Of a DNA stretch of 64,000 bases, positions 28,550-47,805 are shown in pieces. Origin of the DNA: Amoebidium appalachense (lineage: Eukaryota; Protista; Ichthyosporea); NCBI GenBank assembly GCA_963693365.1, contig CAVNZM010000001.1:5286907-5350906 (forward strand), written 5' to 3'. The first letter of the stretch is position 1; every line of letters starts with the position of its first letter. The position numbers were made by a program, and so were the translations under genes. The notes below the pieces were generated by a model. That model was not told the origin of the DNA. It saw only the letters and a program-made list of their open reading frames with translations, and made no database searches.

Positions 28550-29812
28550 TTTTACGCAAACCCACACCAAACTGGTGAAAGGCGTCGGCAAGGCTTACAA
28601 GCTGCACATGTGTGAACTTGTGTCACGAAGCTCTATGACTGTGTGAAGATAAACTTCAGTCCCGTGTGTACACAGGTGAGCTCGTTTGGCTACGTAATCC
28701 CTCTCTCGAACTGTTCGGTTCGTCGGATCGAATGGCTGCTGTTCGACTGTTTTGCTTGGTGCCCTTAGCTATATCATACTGTGGCTGGTTGCATGCTTGC
28801 TACAGAGTGTGTTTCATCCGATAATTGCCAGTTTGTAACGTATCGTCGTGGCATCATCGCCAACCTAAGAATGTCCCATGCATATGCCACTATGCTCAGT
28901 GCCGAAGCAAAACTCTGTTGACCTCAGTACTTCACTGTATGTACTACGTTCTAAAAGCTCATTACTGGCTACTAGAAGCAGTAGAACTCGGTTGCCAATG
29001 GAACAGCGATAACCGACCCCTGCAAAGACAAAGGTGGTGTGTACGTATGAATACACCTAGGCGTGTGGTGTACCAACAATAGCCACATGCATATGTGCGC
29101 TTACGGAGTGTATGTAGCCTACATGCGGTTTTCGAATCAGTGAACTTGCAAGAGCACTGGCGAGCATAGCCTCCAAGGCTATGTACCCGCTGGCTTACGT
29201 ATACGTAAGTGGCTTGGCACTACTACGCCGCGTATATTAACGTTGAGCCAGGCCGCAGGGAGACAGCACTTTGAAAGTGACTATGTACTGCGAGCAGTCC
29301 GTTGCACATACCTACCTTTCATTAGCTGCAGTTATGCGACTGGTCAATTGTAATGAAGCCCAATCCCGGTAAACCTACAATACATCTCAATTTGTTGGTG
29401 TTCTATGGGTTGAAAGTGATTCAGAAGGTTATAAAAGGTATAAGTGAAAAAAACCAAGAATTATTATACAGTTAGTATGATGGTTTGTCTGCACTTTATG
29501 AGTTTTAATGAGCGATCCAAACAGGTACTGTACATGTTTCCAGCCTGGCAGCAGGGTGGCTCGCCGCTGCGATGCCAGCCGGAAAAGTGATTGGTTGTAT
29601 TTATTGCTCTAGGGGGACACATTATATAGTAGGCTTTTCATTTATAACTTAAAGGCTTGCTTTCGAATTCGTTGCTTTATTAGCCGCTACTCACACTACA
29701 CAATACCGGTTCGAATCGTCCCAAAATACACAAACCCGACTCGGCCCACTGGACCGAATCCACTAGAAGCTACTGCTACCGGGAGCACACCCCCCCAGAC
29801 ACACACACACAT

Positions 29813-29845
<33 letters not shown>

Positions 29846-29915
29846 ATGCCCGTGTGCAGATATCTATGTTATGTGCGTCTGCGCGCGCAGGCGTGTGTGT
29901 AATGTGCGCGTGCGC

Positions 29916-29953
<38 letters not shown>

Positions 29954-29994
29954 TCTGTGTGTGTGTGTGTGTGTGTGATCTGTGTGTGTGTGTG

Positions 29995-30063
<69 letters not shown>

Positions 30064-30440
30064 GAAATAAGCTTGAAAGCTGCGACGGGGAAAGAAAATA
30101 TGTGCGGGCGGGAGGGTGGGCGATGAGAGATCTAGAGGAGGCGACGGGGCGAATATGCTAATAGACGACCGATCTAAGGTCGGCTTATATACGTATACCC
30201 ATAAGCCTCCTCTACCAGGCCGCTGATTGGCCACATAACCATTGTGGCCCAATCAGACGGCCGAAGATTAAGTTAATAAATGGAATTGTCCAATCAATTC
30301 AGACATTTATAACTTATACTTGCTACCTACGTCCACTATATACGAATTTTTGCTCTGCAACGACAACTAAAACCCACTAGATTAGTGTCGATCAAAATTC
30401 ACCACACTTTACATAATATACAGTACATTTCGAGCACAGT

Positions 30441-30868
30441 TTATGACAGTCGCACAGGGTCCAACTCGCGCAGGTCGCTGAAGTATTCGTGGTCATCGGG
30501 GGTAGGGCAGTGGCCCAACCCGTAGTTGTCCTCAGGGGTTTGGCCGGTGAGGTCCCACACCCCTAGGTGCTTGATGACTGCCAAGGGGATGCCGATTGCA
30601 CGAGCAGCGCCGACCATGCCGTGACGGAGGCAGTGCCAGGTAATGCCGGTAGCCAGGGCGGGGAGCATGCCGAGGGCCTGCACCGCGCTGCGCAGCCAGC
30701 TGACGGCCTTGGTAGCGTTGGGGCACGGCAGGAGGGGGCTGGTGCCACTGGGCTGCCGGACGTGCGCGCAGGCGCGCAGTAACAGCTGTGCGCACTGTTA
30801 TGGGGGGAACCATGCTGTGGCGCACAGGGGGCCGAATCTGCTTGCCAGCTGCCTGCTTGATGGTTCGA
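30441..30868 (-). pseudogene. Tyrosine recombinase C-terminal remnant (DIRS/Ngaro/Crypton-type)
   Basis: GC-rich block encoding ...AVSWLRSAVQALG...ITWHCLRHGMVGAARAIGIPLAVIKHLGVW...EDNY, with the HxxR, LGxW and terminal Tyr motifs of tyrosine recombinases. The frame is interrupted by a stop near 30800. Confidence 0.75.
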
Positions 30869-30869
30869 A

Positions 30870-33444
30870 AGGTCAGTATCAGGATTATCTAAATAAGCTA
30901 GTCTTCGAATTTCTAACGGAATAATCTGAGATAAATAAATACAGTTATCTAGATGTTTGCGAGAAAAAGGTTCTGCACAACAGTGACACAAACATTTATG
31001 CAAACTAAGGTTACAACGCCAAAATAAACATTTCCAAGCAATATCACACAAATGGGTTAGAATGGCAAAAGCGGCAAGTGTGGTAGGTTTACGAGAGGAA
31101 GGATGAATATATGTAGCTAATTTACATCGGATTGTAGAGAAAATAGACGAGTCTCTAATATAAAAAGAAGCACAGGCTCAAGAGTCCTACCATGATACTC
31201 TTTATCACAACGATGAAGCAAAGGATATTGAGTATGAAACCAAGAGGAAGTAACATACTGCTGACAAATAGGGGAAGAGAAAAACAAAGGAGACAAATAT
31301 TTAGAAGGATATCTCTGAATGGGAGATAGATTGGGTACAGGACATTTCGCACGAACATTAGAAATGGGAACAGGGTCTAAAGAAGGAAAAAATTGCAACA
31401 AAGGATGATAAGAAGGAAGCCTAACCAAATAAAAACAAAAGCGAAGGCCTAACTCATTCATACGCTGACTCGCCCGAGGGAGACCAAAAACACTCAGCAA
31501 AGGAGCCGCCAGAGGATGCCTACGCGAGGTCCGAGAGATGAACTGGATGAATTCACGCTGAAAGGAATCGAATTCCCGAAGCGTGTTCGCTGTTGCCGTG
31601 AAGGGGCACACAAGAGTAACGGGAGGCCATATTCGAAACATGATGAAGAAAACTTTATAAAGAGTGAGCAGAGTAGCAGGATGGACATTAGAAATACTTG
31701 CGAAAATGCCTTGATAGATGTGAAACGACCACGCGCACGGGAAATGCGCGAAGTCAAAAGGCACTCAAAGCAAATGCCCTTAGAGGTGAAAGGAATACCT
31801 AAATAGTCATAGGAGGACACAACTGGGATAGGTTGGTTGTTCAAAGTGTAGTGTGCATGGGGAGAAAAAGTGCCGCATTTATCTATCCCAATTTTCATGA
31901 AATTTCGGAAACACTAATCATCTACTCGAGAAAGCATGGTAGTCATATGATAATAGAAGGATCACGAGTGACTAAAACAATATCATCAGCGAAAAAAAGG
32001 CCGGAAACACAAGAGTCGCCTGCAATGGGATATTGTTGAATTTCTACCGCTAAGTCGTCAATAAAGACATCAAAAAGGAGGGGACTCAAAAGTGAGCCCT
32101 GTAAAATTTGGCCTCGTGTTCGACTGAATCCGTTACTCAGTACCCCATGCACAACGGCAGCCCCATGGGTGCGGTCAAATAACGCCTGAAGTAGTCGACC
32201 AAAGGGAAGTGGGAGCCCTCGAGTCGCCAACTTATGCCAAAGCAAATTCGTCGGAACCGTGTCGTAGGCAATCTTAAGTGGTCGATGAAGCAAACCTCGC
32301 GACATCCCGAACGGATAGTGTCGTGTAAAAGAAGAGCATGAGTATAGCACGAATAAGCATGCCGGAACCCGCCCTGAATGTTGCTTAATCGAAATACATC
32401 GGATAAGGTCTCATGCTTGTGGAAGGCGCGCAATATGCAGGACTCGAATAGGCGACGAAATATGTTGGTTAAGGTGACCGGCCGAAAAGAAGAAATCGGA
32501 CCAGTAGAGACCTTCTTGCGGACTGGATTATCAAGAGTGTCATTCACGACGAAGGAATGAAGCCCAACTCATAATAAAAGGCGGAGAAGAACTCGCTCAC
32601 CAAATATGCAAACGGTGGAGGAGGAGGCGTATTCCCGCCTTTGGTAATAACGGGCGGAGGGCACAATGCCTTAAGAAAGGCGGGTGGAAGAGCATCCGGA
32701 CCACATGCCTTTTGGGGTTTTAGGACAGGAATAGCACGTTGAACATGTGCGCAGCATTAAAATAGCTCAAATATTCGCCTGGAAATGAAGAATCAATCGG
32801 CCAGGAGGGTGGTGTGGAGAGTAAAGAATATGAAGGGTGCATGGAAGGAGCAGAGTTAAGGTGGAATAATTCGGAATAATAGTCATATGCATCCGGTGGA
32901 AGTGATGGTGTCGGGTTTATCAGGACTACATGTAATAGTGATGGAAGGGCCAAAACGACCTAGACTCTTGAGAGTAGAAATACAAGAATCGTGGGAAAGC
33001 GTTTGGCCTAAGTGGTCTAAGGTGAGATATGGTCGTAACCAAACATAGGGATATTCGACACTACCGACCACACTATCACCTAATTCAAATAGAAAATCAA
33101 CAAGAAGAGAAAAACATACCTCAAGGAGATACGGGTCCCTCCGCTGTCGAGCATCCTGCACGGCCTGCAGGAGGGTGAGGCGAATCTCCTTATAGGCGTT
33201 TTGAATACTAAGCCGATTGAGTTCACTCTTGAATTTGCGAGCAATAAGGCCTTTAGTTACACGAACAGTGTTTGGAGAAACAGGAGTGGAAATTTGAATG
33301 ACAATAGGCTTGTGGTCGGACTCGTGTCGGACGCAGTAGCCTAGATAGCGCAACATCGGAAAGTGGAGAAAAACGAACAGATCTTATTTCCGACTGGTCG
33401 GAAATCACGGATAGGTTTGACTTAAGGGAATATCGAGTATATAT
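30870..33444 (-). mobile_element. Old, degenerate non-LTR retrotransposon (APE endonuclease, RT, Cys/His knuckle); a short remainder continues at about 35737-35790
   Basis: Frameshifted fragments: APE SDHKPIV (about 33320); RT SSFRPVTL, QGGFR, AYDTV, QGSLLSPLLFDVFIDDL, FFADDI, IDKC, YDYLG; C-terminal CHCCAEPFSRKHLDNC. Many stops and frameshifts. Confidence 0.85.
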
Positions 33445-35380
33445 CCCTACCCACAAAAGGAAAGTGATCGTGCTATTAAACCTGATCTTACTATCATGTT
33501 AAGCTCTCTCTTTTCTTGGTGTGTTAAATGTGGACATGTCCCGTCATCTTGGTTAGATACCTTAGTGATCCCCATAGTTAAGAAGGACTCTGAGGGCCCC
33601 ATATCATCCTTTCGCCCCATTACACTAACCCAGGTTGTTCGTAGATTCTTTGAAGCTTGCTTACTTAGGTTATTTGCACATCACCCTAGGTTTCAATCTA
33701 TTCTTCACATACACCCATGCCAATCCGCTTTTCGTAAAAACAATTCATGTTATGTTCAAATAATGGCACTGCACGATTCTATGCAAGTTGGTGCACAATA
33801 TGTTGGCTTTATTGATTGGAAAACTGCTTACGATTCTGTCTCCCTATGGGAAAAGCTTGCTGCACGGGGTGTACCACACTGCATTGGTGTTCTGTTAGAA
33901 GCACTCTTGTCTCAAACCTATGGTAGAGCTGTGGTTAATGGGCATCTTTCATATGGTTTTGCTCGTACTAGAGGTCTCTTGCAGGGTTCATTGCTTAGCC
34001 CCTTTTTGTTTAACCTATTTATAGATGATTTGGCTGTCAAGATTTACGCCGAAAACGATGACCCTATTAATAACTTTCCGCCTGCACTTCTCTATGCTGA
34101 TGATCTGTCCCTCCTTGCCCGTACCCCTAGACGCCTGCAAAGATTGTTCGATGTAGTGTCAGAGTGGTGCAAGGCAAACCTTATGATCCTTAACATAGAC
34201 AAATGTGGTGTTCTTGTACCTGATATAGCTAACAATTTACACACATTTACATTATCATCTAAACCTGTACCTATAGTTCCAGAATACAAATATCTTGGTG
34301 TTCCGGTTGATTCTGTTGGTGTTATGTTTCCCCATATGGTCGAAAAGAGGGTAGAGTTGGCTCGTAAGCGGTTAGCTTTCTTCTCGGCTAATATTTTTAA
34401 AGACACACCCCTCCATCCTTCTATTAGACTTACATTTATTCGCACTTTTGTCTTCCCGGCATGTGAATATGGTTTACCCCTTCTCGCCGCTTGGATCAAG
34501 AAAGAGAGAACTAGAGCGCTTAAACCCTTGGCAAATTTCCTTGAAGCAGAAGTTGCCTCCTTTCTATCTAACAACTGTTGTAAACCTGGGCCTGTAACGC
34601 TCTCGATATATGGTCTGGTCCCAATAGCTGCTAGAGTATCCTATCTCGCGCTGAAATTCAATAAGCACATAAGCCGCTTAAAGAAGTATTTGCCCTCCCA
34701 CCCTCTCTTCTCTATCCAACCTGTCCCCTCCTCACCTCTCCCCTCTTCCCTCCCCTCTCTCTCCCCTTCTCCCCTGGGCACAAATACAAATAAACCCCGC
34801 AATAGTGTGTGTGTGACTTTGGACTGCCACTTACTTATTAAACATGTACACAATCACAAGATAATCACGCAATATAACAAATGGAAAAAGATACCACACG
34901 ACACTAGACCCGATGAAAGCATACACCTTGAAAAACAAAGCCTTATGTCTCGTTTTATATATACTGACCGCCTCAACCATATTGCCAAATATGGCACTCG
35001 CAAGTGTATAACACCTAAATACATATTACCTTCCTGTAGAACTGGTCTTTCTCTAGCTGATGGTATTATTGATCAATTACCACGCTTTTACTGTACACGT
35101 GCTATACAGTGGAGATCTAATAAGTATAAGGTGGCATCATTTGCATGCCCAAACAACACACACACACACCAGTTTAACCGGTCATGTATCGCCAAATGTA
35201 GTTTGATAGACCACATAATACCGCAACACACACACGTCACATTCACAACAGACACCCAGAAAGATAGCCTACCTGTAAATTACAACATCCTTGATTTTAT
35301 ACTAAACACGCGTAACTACGACCTGTTTATTAGATGTATTGATTGGCTTGAGAAACACATCACTACAAAATTATAGCGCA

Positions 35381-35453
<73 letters not shown>

Positions 35454-35485
35454 CCAGCTGATACCGAGTGTCCCGAGGGGAGCCC

Positions 35486-35531
<46 letters not shown>

Positions 35532-35726
35532 GGGGAACCCCAACTAATTGATTTCTCCTTGTAGTCTTTATGGTGTCTCGTAGAGAAAGTAAACCCTGAT
35601 ATATAGTCACCACCCGACATCTATGTACGTGATCATGATATACCGCTGAGGGGATATTCCGAGCAAAACCCCCCCCCCCATACCTGAGACTGGTTCTCTT
35701 TGCCTCGAGTAAACAGCGTAAACCCC
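33445..35726 (+). mobile_element. Young 5'-truncated non-LTR retrotransposon, copy 1, with TSD GAGTATATAT
   Basis: Direct repeat GAGTATATAT at 33435-33444 and 35727-35736. The frame is open from the junction (33445) through the RT ORF. The 3' end is defined by identity with copy 2. Confidence 0.9.
33496..35376 (+). CDS. Non-LTR reverse transcriptase (RT plus C-terminal Cys/His region), N-terminally truncated
   Basis: 626-aa ORF with FRPITL, QSAFR, FIDWKTAYDSV, GLLQGSLLSPFLFNLFIDDL, LYADDL, NIDKC, YKYLG and C-terminal CPNN..HQFNRSCIAKC..ILDFILN. Confidence 0.9.
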   Translation: MLSSLFSWCVKCGHVPSSWLDTLVIPIVKKDSEGPISSFRPITLTQVVRRFFEACLLRLFAHHPRFQSILHIHPCQSAFRKNNSCYVQIMALHDSMQVGAQYVGFIDWKTAYDSVSLWEKLAARGVPHCIGVLLEALLSQTYGRAVVNGHLSYGFARTRGLLQGSLLSPFLFNLFIDDLAVKIYAENDDPINNFPPALLYADDLSLLARTPRRLQRLFDVVSEWCKANLMILNIDKCGVLVPDIANNLHTFTLSSKPVPIVPEYKYLGVPVDSVGVMFPHMVEKRVELARKRLAFFSANIFKDTPLHPSIRLTFIRTFVFPACEYGLPLLAAWIKKERTRALKPLANFLEAEVASFLSNNCCKPGPVTLSIYGLVPIAARVSYLALKFNKHISRLKKYLPSHPLFSIQPVPSSPLPSSLPSLSPSPLGTNTNKPRNSVCVTLDCHLLIKHVHNHKIITQYNKWKKIPHDTRPDESIHLEKQSLMSRFIYTDRLNHIAKYGTRKCITPKYILPSCRTGLSLADGIIDQLPRFYCTRAIQWRSNKYKVASFACPNNTHTHQFNRSCIAKCSLIDHIIPQHTHVTFTTDTQKDSLPVNYNILDFILNTRNYDLFIRCIDWLEKHITTKL

Positions 35727-36069
35727 GAGTATATATATACGAGATCGAAATAAATTTGGAGTTCAGTCGTGTCTAAACATTGATGTCTATTGTGTACACT
35801 GCTCCGATCGTTCCGTGTTTTTGTTGTTGTGTGTCTGTGGTGTTTTTACACTGCACCACCGTGTCTCTGCTTTACTTCCCAGTCACAAATACTTATATAA
35901 ATTTACAGTGCCACGTGTTTTTCACAAAAAAATGAAGTGAGTGTGATACTTGAAAAGTGCTACCGTACACAAGATTCAGATTCGCGAAAGTTCAAGTGAT
36001 GTGATCAACAACTTGTCAGAGTCGAAACTACTCAGCAAGAAACATAGAAGGGATTGCTTAAAAATACCA

Positions 36070-36701
36070 TATTTGGGGCCGGTAGGCTCCTTTCTACTCC
36101 ACGAGATCAAATAGAAGTAGGTTTCGAAAGATCCGGACGTGGAGGGGGGGAGGTGAGGGGAGGCCGGGGTAGCTGCGAATATATGCGATTTGATTGGCTA
36201 ATGGGAGGAGGGTAAACGATAAAAACGCTTTTGCCCAATCGCTGATACGGATTTTGAAGAGCAAATAAGTGGGTGTTTATAGCCCCGATAAGGAACGGAG
36301 AACGGATACCGGGGTTAAATACTGTAATTTGAACTTTTGGGGTACAAAGTTCGACTACCTTGGGGGTCTCTAAATGCGATTGGACAATTTGCGCCCATCT
36401 CGGTACCAATTGTCTAGATCGTTGCGCTGTTTGCAGCGAGCGCGGCAATGCGTTTTGGGCAGCTATGGCACGTTACCACCCAGTAAAATGTAACGGGGGC
36501 ACTCAGTAAACGTACTGAAACAAACCAAGCACACTTCTTTTCAAAAGTACTTCGCGTAGCCACGTAATTATAACGGCGTTGTTGAGTCATTTGCCCACAC
36601 AATATGGGTTCCCGCAAGGTTGGTTCTGGTGGTGGAATGAGGACCTGGCAGGTCGTTCTGCTCCTGTTTACTGTCGCCCTGGGTGCACAGGTGTGTACTA
36701 A

Positions 36702-36762
<61 letters not shown>

Positions 36763-37164
36763 TACTCCCCCCCCCTCCCCCCACCCCACCCCCTCTCTTC
36801 CTGTCCCAAATTTAAACGCCCAAAGACTTTCCCCGCACACGTACCTCCTAGTTTCTCGCGACAGGAACCGTGACACATACACACACACAAACACACACAC
36901 ACACACACACACACAACACACACACGTCACACACACACACACACACACACATGTACATGTGCACACTGTGATACACATAGGAACACACACACGCACACAC
37001 GTGTACACACATGAGCACATGCACACACACAGGACGTGGATCACAAACACACACACTCTTCAACATTCGTTTTCTCATAACAGTTTTGGATTACCTGCGC
37101 GAGGGGCATGAGCCACCGGCCCCATCTAGCAGACGGGAGCCCCGCATTCGCCTGCCAGTATCTT
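36070..37164 (+). mobile_element. Non-autonomous Helentron/HINE-like element, copy A (about 400 bp extra internal segment)
   Basis: 5' TTTGGGGCCGGTAGGCTC, inverse subterminal GAGCCACCGGCCCCA (37110-24), 3' hairpin (37126-58), TATCTT end and internal (CA)n. Near-identical to copy B. Confidence 0.6.
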
Positions 37165-37222
37165 CTTATTTAGAAAGTAAAAAATTTATAAATAATACAC
37201 TAAAATACAATATTTTTCAACG

Positions 37223-37884
37223 TATTTGGGGCCGGTAGGCTCCTTTCTACTCCACGAGTTCAAATAGGAGTAGGGTTCGAAAGATCCGGACGTGGAGGGG
37301 GGGAGGTGAGGGGAGGCCGGGGTAGCTGCGAATATATGCGATTTGATTGGCTAATGGGAGGAGGGTAAACGATAAAAACGCTTTAACCCAATCGCTGATA
37401 CGGATTTTGAAGAGCAAATAAGTGGGTGTTTATAGCCCCGATAACGAACGGAGAACGGATACCGGGGACAAATACTGTAATTTGAACTTTTGGGGTACAA
37501 AGTTTGACTACCTTAGGGGTCTCTAAATGCGATTGGACAATTTGCGCCCATCTCGGTACCAATTGTCTAGATCGTTGCGCTGTTTGCAGCGAGCGCGGCA
37601 ATGCGTTTTGGGCAGCTATGGCACGTTACACACACACACACGCCACACACACACACACACACACACACATATGCATGTGCACACTGTGATACACATAGGA
37701 ACACACACACGCACACACGTGTACACACATGAGCACATGCACACACGCAGGACGTGGATCACAAACACACACACTCTTCAACATTCGTTTTCTCATAACA
37801 GTTTTGGATTGTACCTGCGCGAGGGGCATGAGCCACCGGCCCCATCTAGCAGACGGGAGCCCCGCATTCGCCTGCCAGTATCTT
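37223..37884 (+). mobile_element. Non-autonomous Helentron/HINE-like element, copy B (tandem with A)
   Basis: Direct repeat of 36070-36477 plus about 36950-37164, with the same termini. Confidence 0.6.
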
Positions 37885-38164
37885 ATTAGACATTCCAAAG
37901 CCATATGTATAGTTTTTGAAGAACTTTGGGCCGTGTGATTCTGGTACCGTGCAGAGTCTCAGCAAGGGAGATCTAGCGGGTTGCTTCCTTCACCGCTTCC
38001 TTAACCTTCAGGAATGTAAATCACATATTTGTAGTCATGTTTCTAAATTCTGCAGGCCGCCCCCAGGCCGGGCCCAGGCCTGCCAGCCAGTACTGTGACG
38101 TGGAAGTGCAAGCGTGCAAGCGGACGTCGCTTGTTCGTGTACTGTACATACACGGTGGCGCCCG

Positions 38165-39455
<1,291 letters not shown>

Positions 39456-40005
39456 CCCTCCGCTCCCCCTACTATACGCGGGCTAAGGGGTCGAAACTCA
39501 GACGCAATGGATGACTTGGGCCCTCCCTGAGGATGGGCTCTGCTTATGACGCATACTGTGCGCCTGGATGATGTTGCATACTTGAATGTTTGCCTTTGCA
39601 TGTGTCCTGCACCATGCTTCTCATCGTGTATGCGTGCTTCGTACCGTGTTCTCAAATCCCCCAAAAAATAATAATAATCAAGCTGGCTAAACGATGCGGA
39701 GGAGCTCAGGAACACTAGAAGGGCGACTTTCTGAACTAAGTCTATTTGCCGCGTTTCGCTTCATCTCCATTTGCAAGTTGAAGTCTAATGGATAAAAGTT
39801 TGTGCGAGTCCCCTAATGCAATGGCATGTCACGGTGTGCTCATGCGATCTTTTCTGAATATAATAGACTAAAGTGTGGTGTGTCAGGATAGGTTGGCGGT
39901 GTGCGGTGCGTCTCCTGGGCCCAAATGGGATGGGATAGTTGTTTTTGTTGTTGTGGTGTGTGTTTTCGGTGGGTGCTTAGGTTGCGGTGCGGGAGCGGGC
40001 GCGTG

Positions 40006-40048
<43 letters not shown>

Positions 40049-40248
40049 GAGGGGGTGGAGGGAGGATTCGAAAGACAATTGTTTTAAAATAAATCTAGTC
40101 GTAAATTGTACCACGGTCCAAGCAAGAGTGCGTGTCACCGTTAGCGGTTAGCTTGTTACGAATGGCTCTATCGCATGACATGATGCCACAACAAACTTTA
40201 ATCGTTCTTTCCTTTTTTCGCTTTTTGTCTCAGGCTTTTTCTTTTGTT

Positions 40249-40279
<31 letters not shown>

Positions 40280-41017
40280 CCCCCCCCCCCCCCCTCCCCC
40301 TCTTTTTTTCTGTTTTTATGTTTTCCTTCCTCTTCTTTTTTTGTGCGGATGCATGCCTTTCCACTTGTGTGCCTAAGTGCCTGCGTGTTCGTGTGCTTGT
40401 GTCTTTATGTAGCATGCATGTGTGCCTTAAAACATCCTGGACGAGGCAAAGGGTGGGTGGGTGGGTACACTTTCAAGTAGGTGTGTGCCGTGTGTGTGTG
40501 TGTGTGCGTGTGTGTATGTGTGTGTGTGTGTGTGACACTGTGTGTGTGTGTGTGTGTCACAGTGCGTGTGTGTGTGCGTGTGTCTGTGTGCGCGTGCGGG
40601 TGTGGGTGGATGGGTGGGTGAAGGCGGGGTTTGAATGCGTCAAAAAGTACGAAGTACACAAGAACAAACGGATAACACGATGCAGAATGCAAGCCATACA
40701 TAAAGAGTATGCATAATAAGCAGAGCCCATCCTCAGGGGGGGCCCACGTCATCCACAGTACCCGAGTTTCGACCTATTCACCTCGTTAACGAAACCCAAC
40801 TCAGATACTGTGAAGGCGGCAGGGGGGGGGGGGGGGGGGGATGTATGTGTTAGAGGGTTGGATATATGGCGGAGACAACAAAGAGCAACTGCAAAAACGT
40901 CACAAAAATGAGGGGGGAAGGGGGGAGTATGGGGGGTAGGTAGGCAGGTAGGTAGTGGGCCAAACACACACACACTCATCATATTTGGAGTGTTATTTAT
41001 TTCATCATCCTGCAAGC

Positions 41018-47805
<6,788 letters not shown>

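Noticed and set aside
34092-34853. Antisense ORFs of 160 and 70 aa present in both RT copies
   Set aside because: Shadow frames of the RT; they are shared only because the copies are nearly identical.
35490-35530. A-run as the LINE poly(A) tail and element end
   Set aside because: Identity with copy 2 and the TSD both place the end at 35726.
35589-35726. TAAACCC motifs as telomeric repeats or telomere targeting
   Set aside because: Isolated single units, not tandem arrays, and the flanks are not telomeric.
39489-39557. Hammerhead ribozyme or SECIS reading of the 69-nt repeat (contains GAAAC, CTGAGGA, ATGA)
   Set aside because: Stem II cannot be closed in the required topology, the second TGA is absent from the other copy, there is no apical AA, and no selenoprotein ORF is nearby.
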